Below, piece after piece: positions 36,411 through 50,249 of a stretch of DNA of 64,000 nucleotides (within the stretch, counting starts at the first letter, position 1; the number at the start of each line of letters is the position of its first letter). Origin of the DNA: Lama glama (Eukaryota); NCBI GenBank assembly GCA_028534125.1, contig CM052816.1, positions 94,800,001 to 94,864,000 of the forward strand, given 5' to 3'. The notes below the pieces were generated by a model that searched no databases, was not told where the DNA came from, and was given only the letters and a program-made list of their open reading frames with translations. The position numbers were made by a program, and so were the translations under genes.

Positions 36411-39400
36411 CAAAGAAGTAATTGTCCATCTCAGATAAATTTAAAATGTCAAAAAGTACTATTAAAATGATCTAAGATTAAATTAAATTTACGTGGCCCC
36501 TGTCTCAAATGGCAGTTATCTTAATCATTCTCTGCCTTTAGTCGAAAACAAAATAGCCACTCATACTGAAGGACAGATTCCTGATTAAGGGAACACATGC
36601 CATCACTTTTTGAAGATGACGACTTTGAGGGTTTCTCTAAAGGCCATGAGAGCATTTCATTCCATTACTGGCTTCAAGTCCATTCGGAGGTGTTATGGTG
36701 CCCCGGCAACAGCAGGACGGACTCCCGCCCAAAATTTGGTCTTGATGTCAAGACTGAGGACACTCCCCACGCCCCACGAGGGTGTGGATGGAGAGGCGGG
36801 TGAGTCTGCTCTGGGAGTGAGCAGGGTGGCTCCCTCGCAGGACTGCACGTGGCAGAGAGCACAGGACAGGACGGCTCGGCATTTTGCAGTGGTTACGTGC
36901 TGCACCGGGGTCCGCTTCTTCTGTGAGGACAGGGACTCGCGTGGGTTGAACCTCCTCTCCTACTGGTGCCAAAGGAGGAGGCATCTGAGTTCTGCTGTCC
37001 GCTTGCTCAGATGTGGACAGAGGGGAGAGACAGAGGGTGAGGCTTAAAAGCTGTCCGAAACCAAACATCAAACAGTGCCGTCATGTAGTCAGGTGGTGCA
37101 GACGTCATGGCCGGGGCAGGTTCAAAGTCACTGGTCTAACTGCCTCTGTCTGCGTGATCTGGGACTGGCCTTGAAGCCTCTTCATGGCACATGACTATGG
37201 ACTCGTGTGGTCACATTTGGAGTGTCCCCTGTGGCAGACAAGAGGTGGTGTGAGGAAGGGGGACCAGCACACACATCAGGGTCGTTGGAGGGGTGCCTCC
37301 CGTGCCACTCCCCTGTTCACCCTCTGTGTCTCCTGGAACAAGCTGATTGTGCTTCAGGCCTCTTCTCTAATCTTTAAAACGAGATGCGGATCCGTCCACT
37401 GTAGTCTCTGTAGGAACCGGATGGCTTAACGTCCGCACACTGCTAAGTGGTGATGTATTCATTTGTTCATGTTTTTATTTGATCAGGAACACAGTTAAGA
37501 CACTTAATGCTACTATTTTATCTATGTATATATGTTTATGTCTGTGTGTGTATGTGGAGTCATTTTTAAATTCTGCTGTGGGTGCCCCCAGGGTTGCCTG
37601 TATCACCTCTCACTGCTTGGAGATTCTCCCAACAGCTGGTCCTTAGAGCTGAGGCTCGGATGGAAGTCGTCCCTCTGCTCCAGACACTGGCAGGCCCTCA
37701 TGAGAACGTTTCCCCAGTCCCTGGGAGGCTAGGATGGCGGACGTGGACGGAAAGGGCGCTGTAGGTCACAGCCTGATATCCAGTTGAGGGAATGGGATCA
37801 GAGTTCGTGAAAGTTAGCCAAAGGAACAGGGCAATGCGAAAGGCCTAAATAAATACAGAGGGAGCCTGGAGGCTCCCTTCCTCTCTCCTGCAGGCACACA
37901 GGGAGCGCACACACGTGTTCACAGGCACAGGCGCGCGCACACATAACCCCCCACCCCAGCGTGTATCCTCCGACAGGCATTTTGCACGGACCTATCCTCT
38001 TCTCTCATCCTAGCCCAAGCCCAAGCCATTGGTAACGGCTCTCCTGTTGTGACGGATGGCTGTCTGTCGTGTTCTCGTATATAGGCATTGATTTCTGTAA
38101 TTACCTGTTGTCCAAATACTAATCTTGCAGGCTCCAGACTTTCTAAATTTACTCAGCCTTCTCGTCTTTCTCTTGCGTTTTATTGAATTGATTTAGCCCT
38201 TCAGTCCACAATTCATTATTGGTATTGACTTTGCCCGCACAATGGATAGGCCATTGAGCAAAAGGCAGAATTAAATCTTCTATATGTGGAGAGTCAGAAA
38301 TCACGCCTTTCTCATTCCTTATTACAGTGCCTTGTACAGTTTTCATATAATGAAGCCAAGAAATTCAGTTTTGTTCAAAATGATGCCAGACCTTATAAGT
38401 ACAGAGTTGAGAAGGCGCTTCCATAAGTCAGCAGACGGAAGCCAGCTCCCTAACTTTTGCTCCTGGTCTAGTGAACTTGGATTTGAGCTGGTTCCCTGGT
38501 TCCCTGGTTCCCTCCAAGTAGGGAGGTGGAGCTGAGGGGAGAGGGATGGACGTGGCCAGTTCAGCAACCGCCAGGGACTGAGAAGCCTTCAGTCCCCTGG
38601 GGGCCCTGACCCGGGCCAGGACATTCAGTTATGAATGCTTTGAGGACCAGCAAGTGTCCAGAGACTGGGATGGGAGGGTATCACGCAAACAAGAGTTCAG
38701 AGCCAGACTGAGACGAGATCTGAAGAAAAGCAGTTGAGGGCAAATTAGAGAGGATGGGGAAGGAAAAAGCATTAGGAGGGGTCTGGGTGTTGCAGCAAAC
38801 ATATCAACTGCAGCTCATTTTCACGGGCTGATGAGTAGCTGATATGTGGGGGGGGGTGTCCCCCTGATTTAAAGGGCAGACATGTGATTGCCGTGGATGG
38901 ATGTCAGTAATATTGGAACCACGTCTGCCATCCACAACACTGTCTCCTAAATTGTCTGGAATGTCACAATGCAGTGAGCTTTAGATAATCTAGGTCGTTT
39001 TTAGGCATGAAAACCGGCTCGTGTGTGTGTACTGTAGGTGAGGAGGTGCTGCAGTGTTGCTGACTTTTAAATATTTTTTTCAAAAATCCTTTTTTTATTC
39101 TTTCCAGAAACTCCTCCTCAGTTAAGAATATTATGAGCCTCTCATTGATTTGAGGATAATACTAAGAGTCTTTCGTGAGTTGTAATGATTTGGGGTTATT
39201 TATGCTCCTCCCTCCTGTGTTTCCCCCCATTTCTTCTCATGCACAGAATAGGCATGAGGTGGGCACCCCACGTTCACCCCTGGACAGTCATACCCAAACA
39301 GGGACATGTGTATGCATGGGGGCACTACAAGGTGGTGCTCAAAGCAGTATGTTGTCTAGAGATAAAAAAAGTACTTACATGTTTTCAGTTGACAAGAAGT

Positions 39401-40689
39401 GAATATTTTAACATTTTAAACTGTTTGAATACTTTATTTCATTATAAATTAGTAAATTAAATTTAATAAACATTTTCATTAATTTAATAAAATTAAATTT
39501 TAAAAATTTAAATAATTTTTAAAATGTTATTTTTTAAATATAAGACTATTCACTTAAATAGTGTGCCTTTTTCAAAACTCAAACTTTATTATAGGATGTT
39601 ACATGTGAGAATGACTTACAGTCACATTCCTGTGATGAGTGAGTGGCTGGGGGCCACCACTAATTTATTTTAGGTTTCGGCCTGAAGGCCTCTGTGTATA
39701 TGAAAAATTGTCTTCAGCTATCAGATATGTAACCAGAGCATTTGAAGATCCGATACAGTAAATGGGTACAGTTTGAAGATAAGAACAATTTCTCTAGGAA
39801 ATCAGCACTGATTTTATTTTGCTAACTCCCAACAAAATTCTTCCCAATTGCCATCACCCTGTCTCCAATAAAACACTTCTTGGTTTTAAAGAAATGAAAT
39901 TTCCAATTCTAGGGGAAAGAAGAGTTTATTGACAGGAGGAGAATCAAATATTAATAACATATACCTCCTACCTTTAAGGACTCCACAACCCCCTGGACGG
40001 GCAGTATGTAAACAGGGCAGTTTAACACCATGTGCTAAGCTCCGTGGAAAAGCAGAGCCCCAGCCTGCGAGAGTGTTTACAAAATGCGTTAAACTCAGCC
40101 TTGTGGAGTCAGAGAAACCCTCCTGCTTCCTGCAGTGAAGAGAACACTGAATTTTAAATTAACAGTTGCCAGAAAAATGTAGCCTGAGTCATACTCCCTT
40201 AGACTTGATGGAATAGGGCTTAGGCTTATGGACATCAGTCCTTTGGAGTTTGTGTGTGTTTGGGGAGGGAGCGTGTATGTGATCATGTCCACATGGCTTC
40301 AGTAAATGTGTACCGTTTACACTAGTTTTTTTCCCCAATAGCATTACCTTTCCTTAGTGACATTAACTAGAACATAGAAATTGACTTCTGTGTATAAAAA
40401 TATGCATACTGCCCCCTCCCCCATGATTTTTATTTTATTCAGACTGATTTATAGCATTTCATAGGTTATAAAAAAAATTCAGACTTGTTCCTGTCTACTA
40501 CACTTAAAGTGCTTCATAATTTCTGTTTTATTCTTGGCTCTTTCTACCTCATAGAGTTCAAGAGAAGGTGTTATCCATCTTTTCAGCTGATTACTTTTGA
40601 ATCAGTTCTTCTCTTCCCTTCATCATAAATTGTTCCACAGTTTTTTGAAAAAGAGCCCTTACTAGTTTCTGGATGTCAGTAAATGGTAC

Positions 40690-40830
40690 ACCCCTGAGCC
40701 AGCATCACAGCTTTGGAGCCAGGCTGCCTGCCTTTGAGCCCCAGCTCTCTCCTGCTTTCTAGCTGTGTGATCTTGGGCAAGTTTCTCTACCTCTCTGAGC
40801 CTCAGTCTCCCAGGCTGTCAAATGAATCCA
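40690..40830 (+). mobile_element. MIR SINE
   Basis: 'gctttggagccaggctgcctg..tttgagccccagctct...ctagctgtgtgatcttgggcaagtt...ctctctgagcctcagt'. Confidence 0.85.
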
Positions 40831-41214
40831 GACCACTGCAGAGAGAATGAACATAGACAGGCAGCCAGGGTAAGTGGGTTAAGAAATGTGGATTATTGTT
40901 AGTGTATGTGGAAAATATAAATTAAGGAACGCTCTCCCTAACAGTTAATTGAAAAGCCGATCTCGTAGTGTTATAGGCAGGATGTGTGTCTGTCTTCTGC
41001 TTTCCTGGTATTGTTCGTGATTCACATGTTGAAATCTGTTATCAGCATGAGTGCACATTGAAAGCCTGCGGTGTGTGGCTTCATGCTGAGCCACTGTTGA
41101 AACAGGGAGATTCAACCACTGCCTGGGGGAGGTTAGACTCAAAGAACTGTTGGCACGTGCCCACATAAAAGAACACACAGACAGGTTCCCATGCTTAATA
41201 CATTGACGTCAGGG

Positions 41215-41560
41215 ACTAATGAGTATTTTCATTCCACAGAAATTCATTGATCAGCTCCAAGGTCCAGGCTCTGTTCTTGGCCCAGTGATACAGCAGTGAA
41301 CAAACTTGACCCAGATGAGTCAGGGAGATGGGGAGGCGACAGTAAACAGATAAGGCCTAGATCTGTCGTATGTCAGATGGTGATACTGGCCACAAGGAAA
41401 ACTTAGCACCCTGATGAGGGTAGACAGTGGTGGGCGTGGGGACAGGGATCGACTGCTAGTTCACATCCGACGGTCAGGAAAGTCGTCTCTGAGCAACAGC
41501 GTTTGAGCGGAGCCCGAAGGCAGTGGGCAAGAGAAGCGTGGAGTTAGTGTCCGAGGCTCG
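41215..41560 (-). mobile_element. L2 LINE 3' fragment (probably continuing after 42045)
   Basis: 'ttcattccacagaaattcattga...ccaggctctgttct.ggccc.gtgatacagcagtgaacaaa...ggtcaggaaagtc.tctctgag...tttgagc.gagccc'. Confidence 0.7.
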
Positions 41561-41591
41561 GCTCCTGTGCACAGGACACACGAGGCAGGGC

Positions 41592-42044
41592 TGTGCTCGT
41601 TTGTGTCCAGGACTGCGGGAACAAAGCACCACACACGGGACGTGGCTTAAAACAACTGCAATTGATTCTCCTCAGTTCTAGAGGCCAAGAGTCCCAGATC
41701 AAGGTGTCAGCAGGGCCAGGCTCCCTCCGAGACTCTCGCAGGATGACTCCTGGCCTCTTCCTGGCTTCCAGTGTGGACCTCAACCCTTGGTGTCCCTTGG
41801 CTAATCGGTGCATCTCTCTGATTTCTCCCTCTGACATCACATACCTTTCTCCCGACATGTCTCTGTTGCTGTCTCTTCCCCTCTTATAGGACGCCCGCCG
41901 TGCTGGATGAGGGCCCACCCGAGTGGGCCTGATGATAATTAGATTATATCGGCGAAGGTCCTGTTTGCAAGTAAGCTGACTCTCAGAGATACCTGCGGTT
42001 AGGATTTCAGTGTAACTTTGAGGGGCACAATTCAACCCATAATA
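41592..42044 (-). mobile_element. MLT1B/C-like solo LTR
   Basis: 'gtggcttaaaacaac...cagttctagaggccaagagtcccagatcaaggtgtcagcagggcca...tttgaggggcacaattcaacccataa'. Confidence 0.9.
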
Positions 42045-45000
42045 ATGACTAACAAGGAGTGTGGCCAGAACCAAGCAGGGAGAGAGTGAGACCAGAGAGG
42101 TGAGTGACAGGGATGGGCCGCGTCCGCTGTGCAGGCCAGGGTCCTTGCCTTCAGGGAAGAGAAGTCTGGGGTCTGCTTTTTGGCAGGGTGGTTTGGAAAG
42201 GAGCCTGCTTCAAGAAGGAGTACTCAGGGAGATTTTGGAATCTCTTATGTGGTCAAAGGAGAGGGTAGCTGGTGATATGAAGAAACAGGAGAGGCACGAA
42301 GGAGACCATCAGTGGATAAATGAAGTGGGCGGGGTTGTCCCAGAAAATGCAGCAACGCGCCCCTCTGAGAAGCAGCCAGAAAAGGAAGGGAGGTCAGCTC
42401 AGGCCGCCGCTGGTGGTGAGCTGAGTGATGGAGGAAGTGGGATGAAAACGGTGGCTGCTGGATCTGAGGGAAGTGCGGGTAGGTTGTCAGAGGACACAGA
42501 CGATCTGGAAGGACTGATGTAAAGGAGAAGACTGAGAAACGAGAGACTCTCGGGACGTGGGAGAGGGGAGGGGATCTGACTGGAACCTTCCAGGACGACC
42601 CCGTGGAGAAGCGGCCAGGAGCCCAGAGGCAGAGGAGGGAGCGCGAGGAGTCGGAACAGCTGACGTCAGGTGCCAGTTAGGTCCCCGTAAAGAAACGGAA
42701 GGAAGGCAGGGACCTGAACCAGCAGAGCTGTGAGACCTTGTTTTATTCTGGAGGGTCAGCACATCATACTCAGAGACTGAAATCGTCTTTGCCAGCCATT
42801 TATTTAACGCAGGTGCACCGCAGGATCTGTAGTAATTTCACAAGCTAGTAGCATAGAGAGTGATGCCTCTTAATGAACCAATAGAGAAGTAACATTGTCC
42901 AAGCAAGTGACAGAGCGACCACACTATTGTTCCAGGCAAGGAGAGGTGACAGAAATAAACTCAAGATGAAGCTGAGGTGGACCTTTTACATGAGTTTGGT
43001 TTCTCAGGAAAGCCAGCTTCACCAAAGGGGATCTTGCTTCCAGCTGCCAACACAAAACCCAAGTCCCTTGTTGCTAAGGCCTGTTGCTAGGGAACAAAGG
43101 CCCTGGCGCGGGCGGCAGGCCAGCCTGCTCCCAGGGTCATCACTCCAGGTACCCCCGCACGGCTGGGACCCCTGCCTCCGGGGAGGGCATTGCCAGGAGA
43201 GGAGCAGTGTCCCTTCTCCTCCGGAGGCTGCTGCACGTGTCAACACCACTGCCGGCCCAGACCAGCCTGGCCACGGCGGGAGCAGGTGTCTCCAGACCTT
43301 CGGAGAGCTAGATCCGCAAAGGGTGGGTCTGCCCAGACCGAAACCCTCAGGATATTCGTCACCAACTCTCGGTGTTTATAGCCCAAATGTCCACTTGCTG
43401 TATTTGCTTCTTCACATGGTCTTGTCAGTAAGCACCCAGCGTGGCCCCTTGGCACCGGAGCCGCTAAGTGCTTATCAAGGACAACAGACGAGATGATGGC
43501 ATCTTGACATTAAAATAGCTTCGCCTAAGTCATCAACAGACGGGTTTGAGATCGTATCACGCCGGTACACAACAGACCTGTTTCCAAAACGGTCTGTGGT
43601 CTCGTCGCTTTTAAATTCCATCGGGGCAGCGGGAGGAAGAGTAGCCAGCGTGACCAGGGCCGGGAGTCCTGGTCGGAGGAGGGAGGTGGGTTCTGGGTCT
43701 CGGGGAGGAGTTGGCTCTAAGGCTTTTCAGGGAGCACAACCTTTATGGACACGGGGGGAATGTGATATGCGATTCACGCTGACCTCCATCGAAGCCAGAA
43801 GCTAAAACTGAATGAATGAAGAAAATGGCCTGATATATTTATATACATTTTTTGCTTCTGTGAAGGCTTGGTCCTCCACACATGAAAGGGGGTGGAAGAG
43901 GCAGACTGGAGAGTTATTGGGCCGGTACTTCCAGCCGACAGGGCCATGAGTCATCCTCAGCGGAGGAGGTAATGAGTAGGCTGTATTGCTAACAGGCTGG
44001 GACAGAATTACAGCCAAAGACGGCGGGTCTGACTCCGCTGGGGTATCCATCAGCCCGGCGGCTGCACTCCTGGAGGGGAAGTCAGAGTCATGGCTTTTGG
44101 AATTTGGAGAAACGAGCAGAGAAAAAAAAGGATCTAGAGACACCAGACAGTGGTGACTTGGTGGCCTTTTTCACATAAAGGTTACACTGGTGACACTGTC
44201 CCTCCCTGCCCCCAAGTCTCTTTCTTTTACATTCTGCTCTGCCCCTCTCTGCCCCACTGCCTCCATCTCCTGCTCCCTTTAGCCCTTCCCTCTCCTTTCC
44301 TTCATCACCCTGGCCTGTCGTGGTGCCCATGAAGCTTCCAGAGACTTGTCCTGGCCTTGGTGCCTTTCCCCAGGTGCCAAAGAGACCGAGGGCTCCTCTG
44401 GCAGAGGCCTCTCCTCCCCAGAGTCAGTGGGGATCAGACATCAGTGTGACCACCTGTGTGACATTGACAAGTAGGTGCTTCCCCCATCCCCAGAGGTCAC
44501 TGAACGGGGACTCCAGCAGATACGGCTCCCCACGAGGAAGCGGGTTGGTCCTTACCAGAACCGAGGTCAAACAGGGCCCAGATCTTGATGGAAGACTTGT
44601 CTGGAAACCTTGGTGGCTGGGTGGCCTCTTCCGTTGAGAAGCTTAACAGGAGAACTGGAAGAGAGAAGGAAGCCATGCAGGGGAAAGAATGGTCCTATGG
44701 ACCAGAACAGCCCATAGTTTGTAAGTGGCTGTGAAAATGGAGGACTGGCATCACCATCAGCCCAGTTTCCGAGCTGGTGACTTGCCTTTTGCCACCAGAG
44801 CACAGGGGAGCGGTAGCAGAGAGGTAAGACCTGATGGCAAGGACCGTGTTCCCTCACGGTTCCTTCCCTTCAGGAAAGATGGACCACAGCAGGAGAGACA
44901 AGGCCAGCGGTGTCGGGACGTAGTATGTTCCTGCAGGACTGTGGGCGTTTCTGGATGAGCAGGATGGGATCTGAAGATGCAGAGTGAGACCGTCTACGTG

Positions 45001-48000
45001 GGGCAGCAGAGAGCTACAGCCACCTGGCTGCACCGCCTCCCCAGCCATGGCCACCCTGGTGGAGACCAACATCAGAGACAGCCTCGGGACTGCCTCTGTG
45101 CGAGGGAACACGTCCTCCCCCTGCCACCGACAGCAGAAGAGAAGGAGCAAGGAGGGAGGAGTAGGGGGGAAGAGCACCAGGGGCTGGAGGTCATGGTCCA
45201 GCCTGACCCCGGAGGGTGGGATGTTGGAGGACGGGCAGGGCACTGGGACTGAAGTTATAGAACCGTCAGGAGTCCCCCTTTGCAGCTGGAACGAGGCCAT
45301 CTTAATAACCAAAATTGGCAGTGTGAAGCAGTCAGGCTGATGCTGCGTTGAAGTGGAGCCAGCCTGCAGCGAGAGTCCTGATTAGAACCACCAAGTACAG
45401 AAGGTTCTCTTTGCAAGACACCGGTGAGTCAGAGAGCAGTCTGCGAAACTGGGTCAGGGCTCGGGGACAATGACGTAGCAGGTGTTTTTCTAGTCTTTGA
45501 AGTTTCCTTGCTGGGTTACTTTCACTTTATTTCTTCTTTGGACCACGCTCTCCTTCTATTTTAATGAGTTATCTTTTTTATCAGCCCGCTGCCTGAATTG
45601 GTGTGTGTTCTTTCTGATAATTAACAAAAGAAACAGATGACCTGTGTAAATGTCAGTCTGTTACATTTGCATCACAGGTAGAGGACCCCAATCTATCTTA
45701 GTGATTCCTCACCAGGCTTTTTTTTCTCTTGGCACATTTCCTATGTCGTATTTTAGAAAAGAAGACCTCTACCTGAAGAGCGAACCCCTTATTCAGGGAC
45801 ACAGTCCAACTTCACATCCACCCTGAATTTCCTCAGCTGGCATTAAAGATATTTTTTGCCTTTGACTTTTAAGAGAGATGGCAGGAAAAAACCTGGCTTC
45901 TGTCCTTCTGCAAACACTTTGCTTCTTATTGCTGCCGATTCACCACCAGTAGACTTTGAGTGAGAGACCTCTAAATCATTGAACCAAGAAAGAGGTCTCT
46001 TGTTTATCTGTCATCCTTTTGATTTTTCCCTTTCCAAACAGTCTCTAGGTTTTCCTGGCACAGAGAACTAGGGACAACATTTTACCAAATTACGGGCTGA
46101 AACAGCACAAGGAGCGTCCACATCACATTAGGCTCACACATGCCTTAGGACACTCACTTCTCCCTTTTGTGATTTCATTGCAGTTCTGTGCTCTCCTGTA
46201 TTTCCGTGACCTGTTTCATTAATCCACTCTAAGTAAATGATGTTGCTCTCATCTCTTTTGAGCCTCTGATCACTTCACCAAGATTGTTGTTCCATTTCAC
46301 TCTACATCCAGTGGCAGACCTCCTCACCCTGATGGAACTTGCAAATTCATTAATGGCCCTGCTTTCTGCGTGCTGGTGTGCGCCATCCTGGAAGTGCGGA
46401 AAACACCACCAGAGCCAGATACCGTGGAGGACAAGAGCCTGTCTGACTTATTTTCGGTGTATGTGGGTTTCTAGCTCGCATTTCAGTTTCTCAGAATCAG
46501 ATTCTTATTGGAAGAAATGTATCTTTATACCCAGACTATCCTGGAGGTGTTTTTTCACACGTCTTCCTTATTAGGTGCACTTCATTATTACAAGTGTTTT
46601 TTAAGTGTTTTGAGGAAAGCTGTAGGTGATCATTACTTGATGACTGTTCATGCTTGGTAGTCCCAGTGCACTTTTTAACCAAACCCATAATGTAAGTGAA
46701 AGGAAAAAAATCTCTTTTGTCAAGGGCTCTTCAAAATTCAAATTTCTCTTCTGCATTTACAATCCTTCTTCATTAATTTGCCTCTTGAATTAAAGTAAAA
46801 CACCGAGTAGACATTAACTCTTTTGTTATTAGCATTTAATTTTACATATGGAACGATTTCTGCGTTTCCTTTGGCTGCCTTCAGTTTCCAAAGATTGTTT
46901 GAAGGAAAGAATCCTACAGCTGAGATGTATTTACCCTGCGAACGGTGGTATATAAGGAGAGCAGCCTCCCCAGGACAGCTCACAAGAGCCTCATTAACCC
47001 CAAATGTCCCTGAGCTATAGCAGTGGGTGAAACTGCAGCAGTGGGTGAGTAAGACTGTAATATCCGGTCTCTTTGCATTTCCGGGGAGAGGCCAAAAGTA
47101 TTCCAGGAACCTACCTCCAACACTCTGCTTAGAATGCAGGTTCCCCGTACCTTCCTTGTGCATTTTGGGGCAGGAGTGGAGTCATCCCTGCTACAAACCA
47201 CAGGCGATGGGATCTGCTGTCGGGGGCAGGGGCTCCCGGAAAAGAGAGACACTTGAAAGGGAGCGAGGAAACAGTCACCGTGTCATTTTGGGAAGGGTGT
47301 ATAAGTTTTGAGACTCCATTGTGTGCACTGAATGAAGGGAGGCTGGGAATGAGGGTTAGAAATCAGATTCTAGGAGGCTGGAAAATAAAAAGATGCGTGA
47401 AGTGGGAGGTCCTCTCTGCGTTACCCTTAGATCCCAGTGAACCTCCCCAGACCTCCCCGATTCCCTGACACCTCCTCCATTTCATTCTGCTTTAACTACT
47501 GTCTCTTCTGTTGCCACCACCTCTATGTATAGCATTTAAGCCAGTTTCTCCCCTTCCTGGTCCACTAGTGGAGAAAAGGGTTCTCTTTCTGGGCATCCCC
47601 TATTCTTTTATATATAATGCAAATACTCTCAATTTTGATGTTTTATATAGATTTTACCGCCTTCACAGGTGATGGGGAAGCATACCAGGAATAAAATATT
47701 TCCCCCATAAATATCCCCCTTCTATTTTTCTCTTGCACCTCGGTGACACAAATAACGTCACATATGAATGGTAAACTGGTGACTTGCACATTTGGCAGAA
47801 TGCTTCCCTCAGATTGTCTCCTAGAGTTCTCCTTTCAAGATGGAACTGGTCTGGGGACTCCTGGTGAGAAGCAGGGTAGAGCTGAGGAGGCGGGGTGAGA
47901 ACCGGGTCCCCTGTTAGCAGGCTACAATAACTCCACGCTGTTCTAAGAGATACTGAAATCAGATCACAAGAGAAAGAACTCTCTATCAACAGAGATGCTG

Positions 48001-50249
48001 AAATGTCATCGGAGTTCTTTCAGTAAAAGATGTACCTGAATACATGTTTCACGGGATATTTCCTCTTTCTGCTGATAAAGATACTCCAGAGTCACCCCTC
48101 TCCCCACCAGAGACACCCCCGGTGATTTCCGTTGGTCACCTAGAAGGTATCTCTGTTCAGAAACATGCCTGTCAGCTATGGGATGAGAGGCACCATTTCC
48201 TTCCTCCCTTGCTGCTGTTGGCTGCACAGAGAGGGTACCTGATGCCCACAGGAGGCAATGATGGTGATTACAAGCAAGCCGTCCTTGCCTGGTATCATTA
48301 TACCGATGGCTCGTTCCTGGTTTGGCCTGCCAAGCACTTCTGACTCCCTCCATCAGTGTATTTTGCCAACCCGCTGCCCTTGCCAGGCAGTGTTGCCCCT
48401 TCTAGTGGGAACCACCATGTCCTTGTGTCAACCGTCACCCCTGCCATGCATCTGGTAGATCTTTCAAAGTCTAGAAACGTCAAAGTGGTGAGAATGCCTC
48501 TGTACCACTCCTGACTTAGTGTTTCTGTTTCTTATATGGACTGGGAAAGCAGCAAGATAAAGCAGATGTCACCTGTTTTACTTATAGCCTCCGCATTTTG
48601 TACAGTCCATATCAGACTCCAAAAGAGGCTGATTGAGCCAAGAGTTAAAAACCAGGCTCTACCCAAAATTATCCTTCTTCCTAAATATTAAGGCTCTGCT
48701 ACTGAATCCAACTGCCGAGCTCCCCTTTCTCGCAATTCCTTCTGCAGATGAATTTCTGGAATCTTGCCCCCCAAGCTTGTTTGGCATGTCCAGATAGGTC
48801 TAACAAACAGTAACTACACCATTTAGGTTCAAACTCCTTGTCTTGGTCTCTAATTTGCAGAGAAACTTGGCTGTACAAAGCAGGAGACCGCCTTGTCTCT
48901 AGTGGCTGGTGACTGTTCCCAAGGGCCCCCAGTCTGTCAGTTTCTCACGGGAACACGCAGCACTGTTAACATCAATCATGTAAATTGGTGTGCAAAGTGG
49001 GTTGGATACCCAGACTCTAGACTTTGTTAAGATGGTTTGAGGCGGACCTATGAAAACTGAAAGAGATGGAAATGATTCTGTAATACCATCTTGGTGTCCA
49101 GAGCATTCTTAGTATGAAACCATACGACTTTGCATCTATAAAGGAAAGAAACTATTTCAGGGGAATATGACCATCATCTCCTTGATTCTGGGAGATTTGC
49201 AACCTTATATTGTATAGAAAATATAATCCAAACAAAGGGTTGCTTCCACTGGGTCTTACCAAGCAAGCAGAGATATCTGAGGCATTTAACAGGAATATAA
49301 AGTCTGACACACAAAAAATGTAAAAATTGAACTTGGCACGCCAATATCTGTGTTGTAGGTGGGTGGGGCAGAACTTACTCTGAGTAGAACGTTCTCTTCA
49401 AAGAGTAATGTCTCATTTAGTCTGATCTGTCATTATTAGGCGTGTCCAGAGAGCCATGGACATGGGACTGTAGAGATTTGGGGGGGGGAAAGAACTGGGA
49501 CGTTTTCACAAAGAATATAGGCAAGGATTCAGGTAAAAATTATTACCAGGGTTATTAAGACATCATGAACCAAAGACTAGTAGCCTCCAGTGGGTATTGG
49601 TGATATCAGGGTTTAAGTAGAATGAGAATTAATCAGAGGTGGTAGTTAGGCAGCCTAATGCTTTTGCCTCTAATCCGAGGCCATGTCCCTCTGAACTGAG
49701 TAAAACACATGGTAGATGAGGCTTACCCCAAAGGGCACAATAATCTTTATTACCTCCAACCCCATCATTACCCCTAAAGAGTGGCAGTATGAACAGATGA
49801 AGCCAACTTGGATTGATCTGTGACCATGCCCCAAACCGAATAAGAACAAATATCTTTTCAGCTCAAATAATGGATGGTATAGTGATTTGGGGAGCCCTTT
49901 CTGAGAGGAACCCCATATTTCTTAATTTTAGAATTAGTTGAAGATGTCCAAGAGGAAGGTAGGGCACTCTTGCCTGACTTACCATGAAAGGTAAAGGTGG
50001 ATTCTGTGTTTAAGCTGGTGCAAACAGCCGTGGAAAGGCTAGACAAAAATGGGGCAGCGCCGCCTAGGACAGACTAGATTTGGGAGGTGTTTGTATGGTC
50101 ACTAAAGGAAGAAATGGAAAACCAGTTGTCCGAGGACACTGCCTCTAGGTTATATATTAGTTTCCTTTGGCTGCTAGAGCAAACTGCTGCATGGAATGGG
50201 GTGGGGTTATTCTTGTGATGTTCCCAGCAGGAGAGTTGAGGCCACATAC

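Noticed and set aside
41544..45340. Cluster of 100-189 aa ORFs on both strands
   Set aside because: Expected in GC-rich DNA. They overlap each other, some lie inside MLT1/L2, and none resembles a known protein.
45963..46000. 10-bp perfect inverted repeat agagacctct/agaggtctct with 18-nt spacer
   Set aside because: A few such hairpins are expected by chance in 64 kb, and there is no TSD or extended stem.
48044..48343. WYHYTDGS resembling the retroviral RNase H motif
   Set aside because: It is isolated, lacks the downstream AEL and second DS motifs, and lies upstream of the RT fossil (wrong order). Probably chance, though 47600-48500 could be unrecognised ERV internal sequence.
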